DNA of 64,000 bases. It comes from Stellaceae bacterium (GTDB lineage Bacteria; Pseudomonadota; Alphaproteobacteria; ATCC43930; CGMCC-115725). Both the position numbers and the translations under genes were made by a program. Of the stretch, positions 58,468-64,000 are shown in pieces. The notes beneath the pieces were generated by a model. It searched no databases. It worked only from the letters and a program-made list of their open reading frames with translations, and was not told where the DNA came from. How positions within the stretch are numbered: position 1 is the stretch's first letter; every line of letters starts with the position of its first letter. The stretch spans positions 578-64,577 of the forward strand of contig JBARIB010000697.1 of the NCBI GenBank assembly GCA_049799535.1, given 5' to 3'.

Positions 58468-59385
58468 GTGACACGCCTAGCGATGTTAGTGACGCCAGAC
58501 GGTGAGTGGGTCATCGAAGACAGCGCGGAGTTTCTGGCGGCGTTGGGCGACTCAAGTCCTGATTACGACGCACCGCTGTTTGCAGTGAAGAACTTGGGAT
58601 TTATCAAATTTCAAGTATTGGACAATTCGGTTATCGAGATAGAGCTGCATCCACAAAACGTAGAGCTCCCCGCCCTTCTCGCTGTGCAGCAACAGCTTTT
58701 GTCTACTCGTGTCAAGCTGTTCCGCATAAAATATTTGGAAATGTCGTGGCAATCCGAAATTCTGTGTTCGTCAGAAGTTACGGTATCGCGGCTTTCAGAA
58801 ATATGCGCTCCCAAATTTGCTCCACCGCCGGCCGCGAAGTTCCTGGTAGAGAGACAAGACTTTTCCAATTTGTTTGAGAGCGAGGAAAATCCATTGCGCC
58901 TAATGGCTCAAAAATGGCGGATGTCCTTCGGCCATTTCGACCCGAGCGTAGTGTCATTCGCTATCAAACAAGGATTATTGTCGCGCTTGGTAATCGCAGG
59001 CGTGAAGCCACCACGTTCAGAGCCGATATTCCGGTTCATTGGCGACGGGCACGCTAACTGGCTCGACAGCGAGTACCATCTACGGGCGATTGGGGAGAAG
59101 ATGCAGAATCTACCCGATAAGGACTATGGAGAATGGGTTTCCGAATTCTATAAAAGCGTAGCAACCAGCGGAGAACCGCGTTACGATTACGTCACCGCTG
59201 CAATTCAGCGGCAAACAAACACTTTTGTGACGCATTACGAAAGACTGCTGCTGCCGTGGAAGACTCGCTCGGACGAGGTTCTCGTAACGCTTTCCTCGCG
59301 AGGTCTCGGCAATGACGGCGCGCGAGACCAAGTCCCGTCCGGGTTGGCAAGCTCGCCGACAAGATACTCCGCGAAGTCGTCGTAG
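58468..59385 (+). CDS. hypothetical protein; C-terminal half PAS_5/DUF1457-like (weak)
   Basis: A 305-aa ORF in an AT-rich islet. The C-terminal ...IFRFIGDGHANWLD...EPRYDYVTAAIQRQ...THYERLLLPW recalls the PAS_5 (DUF1457) family common in Rhizobiales. The N-terminal 120 aa are unassigned. The start (GTG 58468 or ATG 58483) is uncertain. Confidence 0.55.
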   Translation: MTRLAMLVTPDGEWVIEDSAEFLAALGDSSPDYDAPLFAVKNLGFIKFQVLDNSVIEIELHPQNVELPALLAVQQQLLSTRVKLFRIKYLEMSWQSEILCSSEVTVSRLSEICAPKFAPPPAAKFLVERQDFSNLFESEENPLRLMAQKWRMSFGHFDPSVVSFAIKQGLLSRLVIAGVKPPRSEPIFRFIGDGHANWLDSEYHLRAIGEKMQNLPDKDYGEWVSEFYKSVATSGEPRYDYVTAAIQRQTNTFVTHYERLLLPWKTRSDEVLVTLSSRGLGNDGARDQVPSGLASSPTRYSAKSS

Positions 59386-60089
59386 GCTTCGTCCGCAGAT
59401 AGGTAAGTGACAACGGTCTCAAGGTCTCCTAGCGGAGATCCGGGGAAAAATATGCTGCGGCTGCAATGCTTGTAGCCGTATCCTCTCGCCACCCCTCTTT
59501 CTACCAGCAGGGGTGTGACCAGAGCCATGGCCCAATCGACCGGCCACCGAGCCACTGCATAAGCCCTTCCTAGCCGCCCCAGAAGTCTGGATAATCGTCG
59601 GCCCCGGAAATCCGGACGGATCCAATGCGACCCCCCGCAGAACACCACCCCGGTGATGGTTTTTGCGGCGGGAGCGGTAACCATGCAACCTTGGCCCCGA
59701 TCTTGACCTCCATAAAACATCAAACGAACCTCTTGCTCCAATGTTGTTTCCGGCCAGTAATAAATGCGGCCCGCCTGTGTTAGGACGATATCGCCATGCT
59801 CGTCTTCGCCCGATATCCAATACGAATTTTCCGGTACCAAATCGCACACTCCAGGATCAAACATCTGCGCCAACGGAAACCAATTTCCGTTGGCGATTTG
59901 CTGCTTGTTCACATAAACAAGCTCGGGAAAGTCGTAACGAAGCCGTAGGCGAATACCTGTGCGACGCGCTGCTTTGTCCCCTTCGAGCACGAAAGTCGAA
60001 AGCAGCCTGGCCGGGCCGTGCTTGATAGTCAGCGCATCGGGAAGACGAAGATTGTTTTCCGGGACAATGTTGGGATAGATCCTGCTCAT
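59235..60089 (-). CDS. hypothetical protein; possible GNAT-fold acyltransferase (weak)
   Basis: A 284-aa ORF with GAGGAGG 4 nt upstream of the ATG. ...GVVFCGGSHWIRPDFRGRRLSRLLGRLGRAYAVARW... resembles GNAT motif A. The 3' end overlaps the convergent gene by 151 bp. Confidence 0.55.
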   Translation of the reverse strand: MSRIYPNIVPENNLRLPDALTIKHGPARLLSTFVLEGDKAARRTGIRLRLRYDFPELVYVNKQQIANGNWFPLAQMFDPGVCDLVPENSYWISGEDEHGDIVLTQAGRIYYWPETTLEQEVRLMFYGGQDRGQGCMVTAPAAKTITGVVFCGGSHWIRPDFRGRRLSRLLGRLGRAYAVARWPVDWAMALVTPLLVERGVARGYGYKHCSRSIFFPGSPLGDLETVVTYLSADEAYDDFAEYLVGELANPDGTWSRAPSLPRPREESVTRTSSERVFHGSSSLS

Positions 60090-60569
60090 ATTGCCTCCTC
60101 GGAGCGGCGGCCATGCCGCAACGCCGCCGGCGTTTTCAAGACCTGCGCGATTTCTTGCACTCCTGCCATCAGCAAATTGCTAATGGAACCCGAAGATTTC
60201 ATTCAGTTTTATCGAATATAGGTGGACTGTCAACTTCAAACATGGTTAATCTATCGAAGTTATTTCAATAACTATTTAATAAAAAACTTACCTTTATCTG
60301 ACGGAAGGCCGAGCAAGACGCAGCTATGCCGGCGATCCGCTGCCCGAAATTTGGCTGCCCTATATAACTGCCGGATGGCGCTGTCTCATCTGGCAGGTAG
60401 CGGCGCTTTGCGTCGGAGAGGAACTGATTATTGCGCCAAATTCCATTTGCCGAGATACTGGTGTGGTGCGCGAATTGAGATAGCGGTGTGCGGGACGTGA
60501 GCAACCCATCTAATAGGGTTGATCGCTTGCCGCCTTGGCTGAATCATATGGCGTGTGCACGGGTGGAGG

Positions 60570-61910
60570 ATGACGAGCAAGGAAGAGTTGAAACGCGCGG
60601 TCTGCGAAGCGATCGATCGCCGCGCGGACACGATTATCGAGATCGGCGAAACGATCCTGCGCCACCCGGAGACCGGCTTTAACGAAGTAAAAACGGCGGC
60701 TCTCGTGGCCGAGCATATGAGCCATATGCGATTGGCGCCGCGCACTGGGCTCGCAGTGACGGGGGTCAAGGGCCGGCTTGGGGGGCAGAGGCCAGGGCCG
60801 CACCTCGCTTTGATCGGCGAACTCGATAGTCTGCGGACCTCGGAACACCCGCTCGCCGATCCGGTGACAGGGGCAGCGCACAGCTGTGGGCACAACGCCC
60901 AGATCGCGGGAATGCTTGGCGCAGCCATCGGCTTGAGCGAAGCCCAGATCGCCCTCCATCTCAGCGGTGAAGTTATTTTCTTCGCCGTTCCTGCCGAAGA
61001 ATTCATCGATGTCCAGGAGAGGACGACCCGCGTCGAGAGAGGCGAAATAGAGTTTATGCTGGGCAAACCTGAGCTCGTCGCCAAAGGCCATTTCGATGAT
61101 GTCGACATGGCGATGATGATCCACACCGGCTCGCAGGATGCCGGCAAGACACGCGCCTTTCTCGCCGAGTCGTCGAACGGTGCGTTGGTCAAGCGCATCC
61201 GGTTTCTCGGCAGGGCGGCGCATGCCGGCAGTCTGCCGCAGCTCGGGGTCAATGCCCTCAACGCGGCAATGATCGCGATGAACGCAATTTCGGCGCAGCG
61301 TGAAACCTTCTGGGAAAAGGACACGATCCGCATTCATCCGATTGTTACGAAGGGTGGCGACGCGGTCAGCGTCGTGCCGGCCGAGGTAAAGATGGAGACG
61401 TTCGTGCGCGGCGGCTCGCTCGAGTCTATCGTCGACGCCAACAAGAAGGTCGACCGTTGCCTGCGCGCGGGCGCGTTGGCAATGGGTGCCGAAGTCGAGA
61501 TCTTCACGATCCCTGGCTATTTGCCGCAACGCAACGACAGGCGCATGGGGGAGATCTTTGGCAAAAACGTCGAAGCGTTGTTCGGACCCGGGGAGTTCCG
61601 CGTCGGCGGACATCGCACCGGATCAACCGATATGGGCGATCTTGGACATCTGATGCCGGTGATCCATCCTTACGTCGTTGCCGCCCAAGGCAAAGCGCAC
61701 GGCGCCGACTGGCGGATTAACGAGCCGCAACACGGGTACCTGACACCGGCAAAGCTGCTGGCGATGACCGCTATCGACCTACTTTACGGCGATGCTGCCG
61801 CTGCCAAGGAAATTCTCGCGCGGTTCGAGCCGGCGATGACCAAGGAGCAATATTTAACCTTTCAGCGCAATATGTTCCGCAAGGAGAGCCATGCCTATAT
61901 CGCTACGTGA
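60570..61910 (+). CDS. M20 family amidohydrolase/peptidase
   Basis: It has ...ILRHPETGFNEVKTAALVAEHM...LALIGELDSL...AAHSCGHNAQIAGMLGAA... and ...GSTDMGDLGHLMPVIHPY.... It is about 446 aa long. I chose ATG 60570, which is preceded by GGTGGAGG. Confidence 0.82.
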   Translation: MTSKEELKRAVCEAIDRRADTIIEIGETILRHPETGFNEVKTAALVAEHMSHMRLAPRTGLAVTGVKGRLGGQRPGPHLALIGELDSLRTSEHPLADPVTGAAHSCGHNAQIAGMLGAAIGLSEAQIALHLSGEVIFFAVPAEEFIDVQERTTRVERGEIEFMLGKPELVAKGHFDDVDMAMMIHTGSQDAGKTRAFLAESSNGALVKRIRFLGRAAHAGSLPQLGVNALNAAMIAMNAISAQRETFWEKDTIRIHPIVTKGGDAVSVVPAEVKMETFVRGGSLESIVDANKKVDRCLRAGALAMGAEVEIFTIPGYLPQRNDRRMGEIFGKNVEALFGPGEFRVGGHRTGSTDMGDLGHLMPVIHPYVVAAQGKAHGADWRINEPQHGYLTPAKLLAMTAIDLLYGDAAAAKEILARFEPAMTKEQYLTFQRNMFRKESHAYIAT

Positions 61911-62138
61911 CGGCCGCGGGCAGCGCTCCACGGCGGTTCGGAACTACTCCCGGTTGCTCTTGGCTGCAGCGCATCGAACAATTTGTTACGCGGCGGCGCT
62001 TCACTTTTTTTGCGTTCCGAAGAAAAATCAATGCCTGACTGGAATGCCAACTGGGGCTGCGAGTTAACAGTCAGGACCACTTGCCCGCGTCTCCTGGCGG
62101 GGGCATTCGTGAAACAGGCGCAGTTCGGAGGTGCGGGT

Positions 62139-62654
62139 ATGCCTTTCGACGGAACAGAGAATTTTGACAATCATCCGCTCGCCAAACTCGGTGCGGTCGA
62201 GCGGCTGCTCGCGACTGAGCAACAGTGGTGCAAGGGCCGTTTACGCGATGCCCATGGACGCCACTGCTTGGTCGGCGCCATCGAGGCGGTAGGCGGCCGG
62301 CAGGTCCTTCAGAAACCCGTTCTACAAGCCGCTAGAGAGGTCAGCGGCAAGCGGTATTGGCGGATCGAGTTCTTCAATGACGACCCCCGCACGACGCATG
62401 CGGACGTGCTGCAAGTGCTTCGGCGCACCCGGGAGAATATGATTGCCGGCATGCTTTCCGCGTATGACAAGCAACCGCGCCATCAGAAATGGATACGCTC
62501 TTTGCGTGCTCTGTTTTCGCGACGCGCTTCCAGCACGCGCCTGGTCTTCCCTTGCGATGAACCCGCCGCTCTCCATGCTGGAACGGAAGGCGGTGGATAT
62601 GTGGAGAGTGACACGCGAAGGGACCGGGTGGTCCTGCTCGAATTGCAAGATTAG
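62139..62654 (+). CDS. hypothetical protein (DUF6197-like impression)
   Basis: ATG 62139 lies 7 nt after GGAGG. The core ...EQQWCKGRLRDAHGRHCLVGAIEAVGG...FFNDDPRTTHADVLQVL... resembles a small family I recall from phage and actinobacterial genomes. The call is weak. Confidence 0.5.
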   Translation: MPFDGTENFDNHPLAKLGAVERLLATEQQWCKGRLRDAHGRHCLVGAIEAVGGRQVLQKPVLQAAREVSGKRYWRIEFFNDDPRTTHADVLQVLRRTRENMIAGMLSAYDKQPRHQKWIRSLRALFSRRASSTRLVFPCDEPAALHAGTEGGGYVESDTRRDRVVLLELQD

Positions 62655-62779
62655 AAGGCTCGCTTCGAACCATTATACCCCGGCGATTGCAAGGGGCGGG
62701 GCATGGCCTCCTCCTTGTTTCGTCGCGGTTGGATATCGCATTGGTGACTGCGCGCTAGTCGGCAGCCAAGGGAAGCAGA

Positions 62780-64000
62780 ATGCGTAGCTTGTGGTCAGAT
62801 GCTGAGGCCGAGCGCCTGGTCAATCGCTATGCCACCGAGGGTGTGACGCGAGATCTTGCATTGCGCGTCTACAGCTCGCGCCTGCTGGGCGGCGAACCCA
62901 GACTAGTTTTGCACGGGGGCGGAAACACCTCCGTCAAAACCACAACCAACGACCTCCTCGGCGAGGAGGTCGAAGTGTTATGCGTCAAGGGCAGCGGCTG
63001 GGATATGGCGGCGATCGAGCCAGCCGGGCTCCCAGCCGTGCGACTTAACCCAGTTCGCAAATTGCGCCGACGCGCGGTGCTATCCGACGAGGAGATGGTT
63101 CGGGTATTGCGGGCGAACCTGCTCGATCCCGGTGCCCCCAACCCCTCGGTTGAAACCCTGCTGCACGCCTTCCTGCCGCATAAATATATCGATCACACGC
63201 ATTCGACGGCGGTACTGAGCTCGGCAGACCAGTCAGATGGTGCTCGGCGTTGCGCCGATCTCTACGGCCGCAGCATGGGCTTGGTCCCCTACATCATGCC
63301 GGGTTTTCTGCTCGCCAAGAAGGCGGTGGAAGTCTACGAGGCCGATCCCGCGGTCGAGGGACTCGTACTGCTGAAGCATGGCATTTTCACCTTCGGCGAT
63401 ACGGCGCAAGAAGCCTATGACCGTATGATCAGCGCCGTCTCCCTCGCGGAAGAGCAAATCATTCGCCGGCCCAAGTCGGTATTGACACCCGCTCGCCTCC
63501 CCGCCGCGATCGCCGCAGCGAGCGAAGTCGCGCCGATCCTGCGCGGCGCCTGCGGGATTGCCGATCCGGCGGGGTCGGGCGCTTTCAAACGATTTGTGCT
63601 GGAGTTCCGGTCAAGCCCGGCCGTACTCAATTACGTCAACGGCGTCGACCTCGAGCGCTACGGCCGCGCAGGTGTTGCGACCCCGGACCATACGATCCGC
63701 ACCAAGAACTGGCCGCTGATCGTGCCGGCGCCTGAACCAGACCGGCTCTATGCGTTCAAAGCGGCTGTGCGCGCGGCGGTCGAGCATTTCGTAGCTGAAT
63801 ACCATGCCTATTTCGCCCGCCACAACGCCCACCAAGCGGCGCCAAAGCGCGAACTTGACCCGATGCCGCGGGTCATCCTGGTGCCCGGTTTGGGCCTCTT
63901 TGGGCTGGGGCGCAGCGCAAAGGACGCGCGCATTGCCGCCGATATCGCCGAGTCCACCGTCGAGACGGTCACCGATGCCGAGGCGATCGGCCGCTTCGAG
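62780..64000 (+). CDS. bifunctional class II aldolase / short-chain dehydrogenase (rhamnose-catabolism type), 5' part; 3' end outside the window
   Basis: This ORF is not in the ORF track because it has no stop within the window. My own translation from ATG 62780 gives MRSLWSDAEAERLVNRYATEGVTRDLALRVYSSRLLGGEPRLVLHGGGNTSVKTT...VLCVKGSGWDMAAIEPAGLPAV...SVETLLHAFLPHKYIDHTHS...LLKHGIFTFGDTAQEAY.... The frame stays open to nt 64000. Confidence 0.85.
   Translation, partial: MRSLWSDAEAERLVNRYATEGVTRDLALRVYSSRLLGGEPRLVLHGGGNTSVKTTTNDLLGEEVEVLCVKGSGWDMAAIEPAGLPAVRLNPVRKLRRRAVLSDEEMVRVLRANLLDPGAPNPSVETLLHAFLPHKYIDHTHSTAVLSSADQSDGARRCADLYGRSMGLVPYIMPGFLLAKKAVEVYEADPAVEGLVLLKHGIFTFGDTAQEAYDRMISAVSLAEEQIIRRPKSVLTPARLPAAIAAASEVAPILRGACGIADPAGSGAFKRFVLEFRSSPAVLNYVNGVDLERYGRAGVATPDHTIRTKNWPLIVPAPEPDRLYAFKAAVRAAVEHFVAEYHAYFARHNAHQAAPKRELDPMPRVILVPGLGLFGLGRSAKDARIAADIAESTVETVTDAEAIGRFE

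Overview
The window looks like a chromosomal core segment of a high-GC alphaproteobacterium (Rhizobiales/Hyphomicrobiales-like). That call rests on gene content and on a 'tgtcattgcgag...gaagcaatc' palindromic repeat. I could run no searches. All family calls come from motifs recognised by eye in the supplied translations.

About 60 genes are supported:
- Central metabolism and thiamine: tkt (3' part) and gap; a GH1 beta-glucosidase coupled to a DUF2721 membrane protein; an AlkA-like glycosylase; DUF1499; a rhomboid protease; and a thiO-thiS-thiG operon behind a clear TPP riboswitch.
- A decayed Crp/Fnr remnant, an APH-like kinase and scoAB.
- An OpgC-like acyltransferase translationally coupled to two SGNH hydrolases.
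- prkA-yeaH-spoVR.
- tsaD, gpsA, clpS, clpA.
- A DUF482/FemAB-like protein, an exported protein and a large GT-C-like membrane protein.
- thrC, an M16 peptidase, a RimJ-like GNAT and yqgE.
- ycjX-ycjF plus an acidic orphan gene.
- rodA-mrdA-mreDCB.
- A frameshifted macro-domain gene, DUF2188, a stand-alone ECF sigma factor and an orphan OmpR-type regulator.
- urtABCDE.
- A SnoaL-like protein, an AmpD-like amidase and a DjlA-like protein.
- A decayed oxalate/formate-type MFS pseudogene, DUF2189, an orphan PAS histidine kinase and a DHA2 MFS pump.
- A low-GC islet with two convergent, overlapping orphan genes.
- An M20 amidohydrolase, a small orphan protein and the 5' part of a bifunctional aldolase/SDR.

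I saw no rRNA, tRNA, CRISPR array, transposase or integrase, and no prophage or recognisable defence genes.

I cannot point to a clear-cut new multi-gene system. The best candidates for a second look are:
- the AT-rich islet at 58.2-60.6 kb;
- the anti-sigma-less ECF sigma factor with a C-terminal tail, next to an ECF-type promoter driving DUF2188 and the macro gene;
- the 617-bp AT-rich, palindrome-rich region upstream of prkA;
- the coupled opgC plus two SGNH hydrolases module;
- the exported-protein plus GT-C-like pair.

Several gene-decay events and an apparently non-canonical thiO start are also reported.
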